DNA of 64,000 nucleotides from an uncultured Armatimonadia bacterium (GTDB lineage Bacteria; Armatimonadota; Zipacnadia; Zipacnadales; UBA11051): NCBI GenBank assembly GCA_964622325.1, contig CAZUOJ010000001.1, positions 65,399 to 129,398 of the forward strand, read 5' to 3'. Shown piece by piece: positions 56,652 to 64,000 of this stretch (position 1 is its first letter; each line of letters starts with the position of its first letter). The notes under the pieces were generated by a model. It saw only the letters and a program-made list of their open reading frames with translations, ran no database searches and was not told where the DNA came from. The position numbers and the translations under genes were made by a program.

Positions 56652-57854
56652 TTATTTTTCTTCCTTAAATTCCTCAAATATGCCGGCGCCGCAAGGGCAG
56701 GGAGCGGGCCTGGACAAAAGCCGTCCGAGCAGGAGGCCTATAAGCATTCCGGCGAGCGCGCTGAGCACAAGCGGGGGCGCAGAGGGCTTGGCTTGCGCCT
56801 CCTTCTGCGCAGCAGAACTTGTAAGCGCAGCCACAGCCACTAAATCTTTCATCCGCTGGGAAAGATATGTCTCCTGGCCTAATTGCAAATCCAGAAAATG
56901 GACATACAGCACAGGCGCGCCGCTATCTTGCGCCAGTTGGCGAGCGGCTTCCCCAGCTTTTGCCTCTCGCATGCTCCAGGGGCAGACAATGGCCGCAAAT
57001 CCGCCCTGGCGCAATTGCACGGTAGCTTGTTGAAGCGTTTGGCCCACGACGGTCCCGGAGCCTTCAGACATCAATACAGCTCCTGTGGCCATGCCAAAAT
57101 TGGCGATGGCGTCACTGACGCCCGGAATCATTGCCGCCACAGATCGACCCCGGAGGCCTTTTTCGGCCGCCACACGCAGGCATTGCTGATGAAGCGCGGC
57201 TAATTCCTGCTGGAAAAGAGCCAGGCGTGCCTGTAAAATCTTTTGCGGCAAGCCCAGGGCCTGCAATCGATTAGCAATGGCGCACGCAATGGCGGCGGCA
57301 TTCTCTAAATTGAGCCAGGGGCCATGAGCATTTTTCGGATAGCCCGGGATGTCAGACAATCTGGCTCCACAGGCTGCATAATCGGGCCAGTCCAGAGCGG
57401 AAATAGAAGGCAAAGCCGCTCGCAGAGCTGCCTCAAATTCGTGGGCTTGGCTATGCGCATAAATAATTAAGCGCGCGTGCTGGAATCTTTCCATGTCTTC
57501 GCTCGTTAAAGAGAATGCATGGGGATCCGTTCCCGGGGGCAAAACCACTTGCAGAGAAATCAAATCCCCGGCGACAGCTTCCGCAATTCCGGCCACATCC
57601 GACATTGTGGCCAGCACAAGCGGCTTGGCGGAGAGCTCGCGAGCCTTGCCTCCGGGCGAGAGGGAAGAGGATGTTTCCGCCCCGAAGCACAAGCGTGCTA
57701 TCTGCCCCAGACAAATTAGCCCGATTACGACTCTATTTAGACAAATGCAATGGGATAACAGAAATCGCCTTGAAGCCAGCATATCTTTAGGATAACAAAA
57801 GGCGCCCTGAATGTCATTAAAAAGGTGTATTGCCGGAAAAGCGGGAAGGCCCAA
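56652..57854 (-). CDS. ZnuA/TroA-like (cluster A-I) metal-binding solute-binding protein with a C-terminal TM anchor and CPCG motif
   Basis: …KPLVLATMSDVAGIAEAVAGDLISLQVVLPPGTDPHAFSLTSEDM… matches ZnuA (VVTTFSILADI…PPGVDPHDYEPTP). The C-terminus is PPLVLSALAGMLIGLLLGRLLSRPAPCPCGAGIFEEFKEEK. The start is 57854 or 57782. Confidence 0.6.
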   Translation of the reverse strand: MGLPAFPAIHLFNDIQGAFCYPKDMLASRRFLLSHCICLNRVVIGLICLGQIARLCFGAETSSSLSPGGKARELSAKPLVLATMSDVAGIAEAVAGDLISLQVVLPPGTDPHAFSLTSEDMERFQHARLIIYAHSQAHEFEAALRAALPSISALDWPDYAACGARLSDIPGYPKNAHGPWLNLENAAAIACAIANRLQALGLPQKILQARLALFQQELAALHQQCLRVAAEKGLRGRSVAAMIPGVSDAIANFGMATGAVLMSEGSGTVVGQTLQQATVQLRQGGFAAIVCPWSMREAKAGEAARQLAQDSGAPVLYVHFLDLQLGQETYLSQRMKDLVAVAALTSSAAQKEAQAKPSAPPLVLSALAGMLIGLLLGRLLSRPAPCPCGAGIFEEFKEEK

Positions 57855-57884
57855 AAATCTTTTGGATAAAAAGTTGTCTTTTTT

Positions 57885-60800
57885 CTATAGACGGACTGAG
57901 GGGGCTTGCAGCGCTTGTCGAATCAAATGGAGTAGTTCCGCGCGGGTAAAGGGCTTTTCCAGATAGCCTGCGGCTTTTAAGGAGTTAGCTTCTTTGTCCG
58001 CCGGCAAAATATAGCCGCTGGCAATAATGACTTTAACGGCAGGATTTATTTGCCGCAATTGCGCCAAAGTTTCCTGTCCGGACAGCCCGGGCATAAACAA
58101 ATCCAGCAATACGAGCGCAATGTTTTCGCCGAATTCCTGATACAATCGCAAGGCTTCTTCCCCGCTGTGAGCAGCTAATACATCGTAGCCATATTGGCGC
58201 AAAATCTCGGCGGTGCTATGCAAAATTTCCGCCTCATCATCGACAATAAGCACACGCTCATGCTGGCCTCGGGGGAGTTCCTCAATCTTTTTCTCGGCTG
58301 GAGGTTCAGCTTCCGCTGTCTGCGCCTGAGGGCAGGCCGGAAAATACATCTCAAAAGTCGTGCCCTGGCCCGGACGACTATCGGCCTTGATATAGCCCTG
58401 ATGTGCTTCAATAATTCCATGGACAACGGATAGCCCCAGGCCCGTTCCTTTGCCCGATTGTTTGGTCGTGAAGAAGGGCTCAAAAATCCTTTGCAGCGTC
58501 TCCTCATCCATTCCCACGCCCGTATCGGAAACGCGCACGCACACATGGGGCCCTGGCTTTAAAGAAGGATATTGCCCTATCTGTTCTTCGGCCAAAATGA
58601 CATTTTCGGTCACAAATTGTAAGCAGCCTCCCTGGGGCATGGCGTCGCGCGCATTTAAGGCGAGATTGATAAAAACTTGTTTGAGATCTTCGGCATCTCC
58701 CCTGATGAGCCATAATCCCGCTTGTAACGCCAGAATGATTTGAATATGACGCGGCAAAGTCTGTTCCAGCAATTCCTGAATTTCCCGCAGCACTTCATTG
58801 ATGGACAATAAGGTATGCATATCGGCGGGTTTAGGCCGGCTGAAGGTCAGCAATTGGGAAGTCAGTCGTTTGCCATAATTCGCGCGATCTAAAATGACAG
58901 CAATTTGTCTTTGTATGGCTTCCTGGGCTTCCGTTTCTGCCTGGATTAATTCAGCATACATACTGATGGCCTGTAAGATGTTGTTGAATTCATGCGCCAC
59001 GCCTCCCGCCAGCCTGCCCAAAGCTTCCAGGCGCTGGGCATGTTCCAGTTGCGCCCGCAATCGCCGCGCTTCCGTCACATCCACGATATGTCCCATAATG
59101 TGAGGCCTCGCCTCTGTGCTGGGCATGATTTGCGCCCAGATTTGCATCCAGCGCAGTTCGCCCTTACGCGTCAGCATGGGCATTTCCAGAGGCTCTGTCA
59201 TCGGCGCCTGGCTAGATTGCTGTTCTCGAAACCAATTGAGCGCTATTTCCCGTTGTTCGGCCGGGAACAAACGCAGAACGCGGCAGCCCAAGAGCTCATT
59301 TGCTGAATAGCCCAGCATCTGATGGAGACGCTGATTGGCAAAAATAATTCTATCGCCGCGAACGATGAATGTTCCGACGAGACGGCTTTCCGCCAGCATC
59401 TCATATTGACGATGCAGGCGTTCCAGTTCCTGTTGCGCTTTCCGGCGCATCGTAACATCGCGCGCCACCGCCAGGACGGCAGGCCTTCCCTCAAATTCAA
59501 AACGATGCGCACTGATTTCCATCGGGACAATGCGTCCGTCCCGCGCCGCCATTTCCAGCTCAAAGAGCACATGTCGCTCCACTGGCAATTCAATTAAAAG
59601 TCGTTGCAGATGTTTTTGCAGTTGCTGGCCATTAGCTTCAGCCACACATAATTCCTCTAAAGTCTTCTCGAGCAGCTCTTGCCGGCTATATCCCAATTTC
59701 ACACACGCCATATCGTTCACTTCGAGAAATCGTCCGACAGATCCGTCGGAGAAAAGCTCAAACACGAAAATAGCATCCTGCCCGCTATTGAACAGCAGGC
59801 GATAACGCTTTTCGCTCGCATGCACGGCTTGTTCAGCGGCCCGATGTTCCGTGATGTCCAGGCCAATGGCGACGATTTCGCGGATCTGGCCCTCATTATC
59901 TAAAATCCGCGCATTGCGCCAGCTAATCAGCCGCTCGCGCCCGTCCTTCGTTAGCCATGGATTTTCGTAAACATTGCTTTCCGTCCGCTGGAGGAGGTCC
60001 TCAAATACGCCCTGGATTTGCGCCACAAAGCGAGGCGGAATAAGCACTTCCCATAGCAAGCGCCCCAGAACCTCTTCCGCCTTGAAGCCAGTGACTTCTT
60101 CACAGCAGCGATTGAAAAAGGTAATGTGTCCCTGGGGATCCAGGCAGACAATCAACGCGCCGGCAGTTTGCAAAATCCGCAGGGAACGCTCGTGCTCCTC
60201 CGCTAATTGCATCTGATAGCGCGCACGTTCCTGTTCCACTTCCAACGCAAAAAGGGCAAAGGCGATGTCTCCCGCGACTTCTTCAAAGAGCGATTTCTCC
60301 TCCACGCTGTCCGCCATTTTCGCCGGCAAAGAAACAATAAGCATTCCATACGATTTGCCGCCGTACTCCAGCCGCACCGCCATACACGATTGTCCCATCT
60401 GGCATAAAGCTTTTGTGACAGAAGCCAGCTTATTCGCCGCTTCTGACACAGGCACAAGCACGGCCCGCATTTGCGGGGGCTGCCTGACAAGATCCCAAAG
60501 CTCCGCCAGAGTTTCGGGATGAGCAAAAGAGGACAAAATCTGCGGTTCGCCCGCCTGATAGGAGGCAAGCTCGGCAAAAGTTGGAGAGTCCGCTGTCAAT
60601 ACAAGTGCAGCAGCTGAATAGCCGCGTGTTTCTACTAATAATTCGCAAGAACGCGCCAGAAGCCGCTCCCGATCGCGCTCATGGGTAATGAGCTGATTGA
60701 CATTGCGAATCGCCCGCAGCACAGAATTGAGATGCTCCAGGCGCTCCGTGGTCTGTTTCAGTTTTGTGATATCCTTTAATACAGCAAAACTGCCAGCAAA

Positions 60801-61706
60801 ATTCCCATTTTCATCATACAAAGGCACGGCCGACACCCATACATTAATTGGACAGCCATTTTTATGCCGAAAAATGATCTCGTAGTTATCTTTGGCGCCT
60901 CCCGCCCGCCGCTGTAACTGGCAGGCTAACAGAGCCAGATTTTCCTCGTCGTACATTAAAAAGGAGGCAGGCCGTCCAATAAGCTCTTCGGGCGCATAGC
61001 CAATAAGTTCGCGGGAAGCGGGATTGGCGTATATAATAATACCGCTGGGATCCACAATAGTTAAAGTGTCTCCCATTGTCTCCACAAGCATCCGAAAACG
61101 TGTCTCCAGCCGCCGTTGCTCCGTCACATCAAAAAGCAATTGCAGCACGCTGTCAAGTTGGCCTGTGGGACTGGAAAGAGGATGGCTATCCAGGAGGCAG
61201 AGCGCCGTCTGGCCATCAGCGCGCCGCACGAGGACTTCCATTATTTCCAGCGCTTGTCCTGCTTTGGCGCGGCGCACATGACAATGTTCCGTGTGACACG
61301 CAGAATGCGGCAAAATCTCAAAACACATCCGGCCGATAATTTCCTGAGCCGGCTTGCCGACTAATTCGCAAAAAGCCTGATTGACATTGCGAACACTAAA
61401 ATCTAGGCCAATTTCCCATATCCCCTGGGGCGCTCTATCGAAAAGTTCGCGATATCGCCGCTGGGATTCGCGCAGAGCTTCTTGCGCCAGTCGGCGTTCC
61501 CGCATCACATAGGCAATAATTGCCCCCGCCAACAGATAGAGGAACAGGATATAAGAATGCAGATACAAATGGGACAGCAAATGTTGCCAAAATAATACGC
61601 CCCATGCCTGCGGCTGGAATAAAAAGACATCAATTATGCCATTGAGCGTCCATGTGCCCAGCCCCAGCAATGCGCATAACAAAAAAACTTTGATCTCGGC
61701 CTTCAT
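57885..61706 (-). CDS. Multi-sensor hybrid histidine kinase (TM, multiple PAS, GAF, HisKA, HATPase_c, C-terminal receiver)
   Basis: It is 1273 aa. It has N-terminal TM helices, several PAS-like segments, the HisKA H-box (…[14 protein letters not shown]…), the HATPase G-boxes (…[22 protein letters not shown]…GTGLGLS…) and a receiver (…RVLIVDDE…[11 protein letters not shown]…). Confidence 0.85.
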   Translation of the reverse strand: MKAEIKVFLLCALLGLGTWTLNGIIDVFLFQPQAWGVLFWQHLLSHLYLHSYILFLYLLAGAIIAYVMRERRLAQEALRESQRRYRELFDRAPQGIWEIGLDFSVRNVNQAFCELVGKPAQEIIGRMCFEILPHSACHTEHCHVRRAKAGQALEIMEVLVRRADGQTALCLLDSHPLSSPTGQLDSVLQLLFDVTEQRRLETRFRMLVETMGDTLTIVDPSGIIIYANPASRELIGYAPEELIGRPASFLMYDEENLALLACQLQRRAGGAKDNYEIIFRHKNGCPINVWVSAVPLYDENGNFAGSFAVLKDITKLKQTTERLEHLNSVLRAIRNVNQLITHERDRERLLARSCELLVETRGYSAAALVLTADSPTFAELASYQAGEPQILSSFAHPETLAELWDLVRQPPQMRAVLVPVSEAANKLASVTKALCQMGQSCMAVRLEYGGKSYGMLIVSLPAKMADSVEEKSLFEEVAGDIAFALFALEVEQERARYQMQLAEEHERSLRILQTAGALIVCLDPQGHITFFNRCCEEVTGFKAEEVLGRLLWEVLIPPRFVAQIQGVFEDLLQRTESNVYENPWLTKDGRERLISWRNARILDNEGQIREIVAIGLDITEHRAAEQAVHASEKRYRLLFNSGQDAIFVFELFSDGSVGRFLEVNDMACVKLGYSRQELLEKTLEELCVAEANGQQLQKHLQRLLIELPVERHVLFELEMAARDGRIVPMEISAHRFEFEGRPAVLAVARDVTMRRKAQQELERLHRQYEMLAESRLVGTFIVRGDRIIFANQRLHQMLGYSANELLGCRVLRLFPAEQREIALNWFREQQSSQAPMTEPLEMPMLTRKGELRWMQIWAQIMPSTEARPHIMGHIVDVTEARRLRAQLEHAQRLEALGRLAGGVAHEFNNILQAISMYAELIQAETEAQEAIQRQIAVILDRANYGKRLTSQLLTFSRPKPADMHTLLSINEVLREIQELLEQTLPRHIQIILALQAGLWLIRGDAEDLKQVFINLALNARDAMPQGGCLQFVTENVILAEEQIGQYPSLKPGPHVCVRVSDTGVGMDEETLQRIFEPFFTTKQSGKGTGLGLSVVHGIIEAHQGYIKADSRPGQGTTFEMYFPACPQAQTAEAEPPAEKKIEELPRGQHERVLIVDDEAEILHSTAEILRQYGYDVLAAHSGEEALRLYQEFGENIALVLLDLFMPGLSGQETLAQLRQINPAVKVIIASGYILPADKEANSLKAAGYLEKPFTRAELLHLIRQALQAPSVRL

Positions 61707-61872
61707 ATCTATTACAATCTGAAATGCGCTTAGCTATGATTAAAATCAGCTGGAGTTCAATGATTAATAAGCTAAATTATAATGATATCAAATCAAATTC
61801 ATTTATTATTAAGAAAATATTCAAATTTAGGTAAAATATCTTTCAATTTGTTTTCTTTTACAGGAGAGTTAT

Positions 61873-62823
61873 ATGCCTGATATGGAGTACACCTCAGATG
61901 TGTTAGTCATTGGCGCTGGCCCGGCAGGATGCACAGCGGCGTTGTATGCGGCGCGGGCGAAATTGCACACAGTGATGTCCAGCCCGACAGCTCTGGCGGG
62001 CACAATGGCACGCGCTCCGCGCGTGGCGAATTTCCCCGGCCAAATTGAGCCTGTGCCCGGACGCGACCTTTTAGCGCGCATGCGCGAGCAAGCCCTGAAC
62101 GCAGGCGCCGAACATATCCTGGAAAGCATTCAAGCCGTTGATTTTTCTCATCCCGAAGCATTTCTTGTGTATGGCGGGCATCAAGAACATCGCGTCCGGG
62201 CTGTCATTATCGCCACAGGCGCTTTAGGCCGCGCCCAGAAAGTCCCCGGCGAAGAAGAATTCATTGGTCGTGGCGTGGCTTATTGCGCCGCCTGCGATGG
62301 CCCGTTTTTTGCCGGAGAAGACATTATTGTCGTGGGCCAAGACGAAGAAGCCATTGAAGAAGCCGTTTCCCTGGCTCAAATCGCTCGCACTGTTACACTT
62401 GTTTTATCTCTGGCGCACATTCCGCCCGAGTCCCAGGATTTTCTTAAAAGCCAGCCTAATATCAGTTGGCACACAGGCCTGAGGCTGGAGCGCATCGTGG
62501 GCGATAATGCTGTAACAGGCGCCGTCTTTCGCGCGCCCGACGGAACAGAGAAGGAAATTCCAGCGGCCGGCGTATTCATTTATTTGAAGGGCAATGCGCC
62601 CGCCACGGATTTTTTGCAGGGCGCTTTGGCTACGGATGAGGAAGGATTTCTCATCACGGACGAATTATGTCAGACTTCCATCCCCGGCGTCTTTGCCGCC
62701 GGCGATGTGCGCAGCAAGCCCTTACGGCAGATTGTGATTGCGGCCGCCGAAGGCGCTATCGCCGCGCTCGCAGCCGAGCGCCACATCCGCAAATCCGATA
62801 AGCTCCGCTGGGATCGCGGCTAA
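61873..62823 (+). CDS. trxB: Thioredoxin-disulfide reductase-like FAD/NAD(P) oxidoreductase
   Basis: It has the FAD-binding GxGxxG (VLVIGAGPAGCTAALYAARA), the redox-active CAACDG (the CxxC of TrxB) in …GRGVAYCAACDGPFFAGEDIIVVG…, and a C-terminal GDV…AAAEG. Confidence 0.75.
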   Translation: MPDMEYTSDVLVIGAGPAGCTAALYAARAKLHTVMSSPTALAGTMARAPRVANFPGQIEPVPGRDLLARMREQALNAGAEHILESIQAVDFSHPEAFLVYGGHQEHRVRAVIIATGALGRAQKVPGEEEFIGRGVAYCAACDGPFFAGEDIIVVGQDEEAIEEAVSLAQIARTVTLVLSLAHIPPESQDFLKSQPNISWHTGLRLERIVGDNAVTGAVFRAPDGTEKEIPAAGVFIYLKGNAPATDFLQGALATDEEGFLITDELCQTSIPGVFAAGDVRSKPLRQIVIAAAEGAIAALAAERHIRKSDKLRWDRG

Positions 62824-62878
62824 CAGTTTGTCGGCTCGGCGCAATTTGCAGGGACGAAACAATAACGCGCCCGACGCG

Positions 62879-64000
62879 TTATGGCACGCCCAGCCAGACA
62901 ATTTTTTCCTGTGGATGATGCAGGGCTAATTCCACATCGTCAAAATCAAAGACGCCTAAAGCCGCTGTGCTCGAAAAAATTTCAAAGCTGATTGCTGTTG
63001 TGCCAGCCGGAATGGGCGCCTCTATGACGATATGCTGCCATTCTTTTGTGGGCGCGCAGGGCTGTGTCCGAATCATTGTATAATAATCAGGCCCCTCCGG
63101 ATTTTTCCAGCATTGCAAATACAGCGCCACGCCCTGCCCCTGAACGGGGCGAATATAGGCGCTGGCTTTCACAAAATCCCCGGGCTGGAAATCGCGGAAG
63201 AGGGGAGAGCGCAAGCCTACAGCAGCTTCCGCACTTTTGTCTGTAAGGCGAAAGCCGCGATTTCCGCTCCGGGCGGCTGCAGGCATCAATCCGCTTTCGG
63301 GCATCCGGGCGGCTAAATCTTTGCCGCCATCCCGCCAGCTCCAGCCCAGCAAAGGCTTTTCGCCCTCCAGATTATCCGCCAATAGCTGTTGTTTAAGCTC
63401 TCCTTTTGCAGCTTCAGACAAACGAATAAGCCTCTTTTCTACAATATATGCGTTTTTGTCTGCTGTTTCCACGTGGGCACGAATAAGAAAGGCATTTTCT
63501 TGGGGCGCATTCAGCTCCGCCGTGGCCCTTGGCGCTGTGATTTGCCAAGCAGCGCCGCGCTGGCTGGAGGAGGGGAGAGCTTGAGCTTGCCAGCCTTTAG
63601 GCGTTTGCATTTCCCAGTTTAATGTAGCCAGCTTCATTTGCGAAGGCGTCAACAATTCGGCTTCAATGCGCGCCGGCTCTGTCGCTTTTGTTGCCGTTCG
63701 GATTTGCAATCCCCGCCAGACGCAGGCGGCCCGCTCCACAAGCGCCGCGACATACGCCTGCGGGCCTATTTTTGTGTCCCATAATTTTCGCAGCGCATTA
63801 AGCTTTGCCCAGACTTCTTTTTCAATAGCTCTCGTGCGCCAGGCTTTGCTTAGAGCATCTAGCTGCGTCGCCATCGCTTCCTGTTGGGGATAGGCTTCCA
63901 CACGACAAACATCTGCCCAATAATCTTGCGCCTGCTTCATAATCCCCTGGGCTACATCTTGTGGCAAGCCTATGGCGATAAGCGTCGTCTCGTGGGACAG
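62879..64000 (-). CDS. Hypothetical protein; the reading frame stays open to the window edge, so the N-terminus probably lies outside the window
   Basis: The ORF-track start at 63967 is a TTG with no stop between it and position 64000. The protein is beta-rich with a CBM/jelly-roll-like C-terminus (…GVALYLQCWKNPEGPDYYTMIRTQ…). It has no recognisable motif. Confidence 0.35.
   Translation of the reverse strand: MSHETTLIAIGLPQDVAQGIMKQAQDYWADVCRVEAYPQQEAMATQLDALSKAWRTRAIEKEVWAKLNALRKLWDTKIGPQAYVAALVERAACVWRGLQIRTATKATEPARIEAELLTPSQMKLATLNWEMQTPKGWQAQALPSSSQRGAAWQITAPRATAELNAPQENAFLIRAHVETADKNAYIVEKRLIRLSEAAKGELKQQLLADNLEGEKPLLGWSWRDGGKDLAARMPESGLMPAAARSGNRGFRLTDKSAEAAVGLRSPLFRDFQPGDFVKASAYIRPVQGQGVALYLQCWKNPEGPDYYTMIRTQPCAPTKEWQHIVIEAPIPAGTTAISFEIFSSTAALGVFDFDDVELALHHPQEKIVWLGVP

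Noticed and set aside
1-64000. Search for tRNA/rRNA genes, integrases, transposases or phage genes that would mark an island
   Set aside because: No tRNA-like T-arm/CCA motifs were found in the intergenic gaps. No recombinase or transposase motifs were seen. The AT-rich patches (33704-33951, 61707-61872, 27947-28126) are short divergent promoter regions, not island boundaries.

Overview
This 64 kb window looks like chromosomal, housekeeping-rich DNA from a moderately GC-rich bacterium (roughly mid-50s % GC by eye). I found no rRNA, tRNA, CRISPR array, transposase, integrase or phage gene. Coding density is high, with about 50 genes.

The first 11 kb keeps a gene order typical of Terrabacteria/Firmicutes: accB, accC, nusB, xseA, xseB, dxs, nadK, recN. 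It is interrupted by lineage-specific genes: a DUF1559-like prepilin gene between accB and accC, a small membrane ORF after accC, and a secreted TPR protein between dxs and nadK. The DUF1559-like pilin is a family that is hugely expanded in Planctomycetota, Verrucomicrobiota and Armatimonadota. Gfo/Idh/MocA oxidoreductases and xylose-isomerase-like TIM barrels are also abundant, as in those lineages. Together with the Firmicutes-like synteny this suggests an Armatimonadota-like or related lineage, but that is inference only.

Other blocks, in order:
- a four-subunit 2-oxoacid:ferredoxin oxidoreductase (delta-alpha-beta-gamma) followed by a translin-like protein
- a cupin and an Fe-alcohol dehydrogenase
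- three consecutive membrane-anchored HEAT-repeat proteins
- an AAC(3)-like/TIM-barrel fusion
- a folB-MTHFS-folP folate operon
- two tandem Gfo/Idh/MocA genes
- a YfhO-family membrane protein and a stand-alone IscU
- a secreted Zn-phospholipase-C-like/VWA protein with a translationally coupled partner that appears to carry the missing end of the VWA domain
- recO-polX
- a secreted CBM protein
- rpsO-pnp with recognisable hairpins
- surface-glycan genes (phosphodiester glycosidase, TagF-like, GHMP kinase, sialate O-acetylesterase)
- a TIM-barrel / beta-helix / Gfo/Idh/MocA operon
- a minus-strand operon of a multi-PAS hybrid histidine kinase, an orphan ZnuA/TroA-like metal-binding protein with a C-terminal anchor, and a tandem double metallo-beta-lactamase protein
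- a TrxB-like reductase and a partial gene at the 3' edge.

The two least explained candidate systems are the kinase/ZnuA-like/double-MBL operon and the split-VWA secreted pair. All functional calls come from motif recognition by eye. Nothing was searched against a database.
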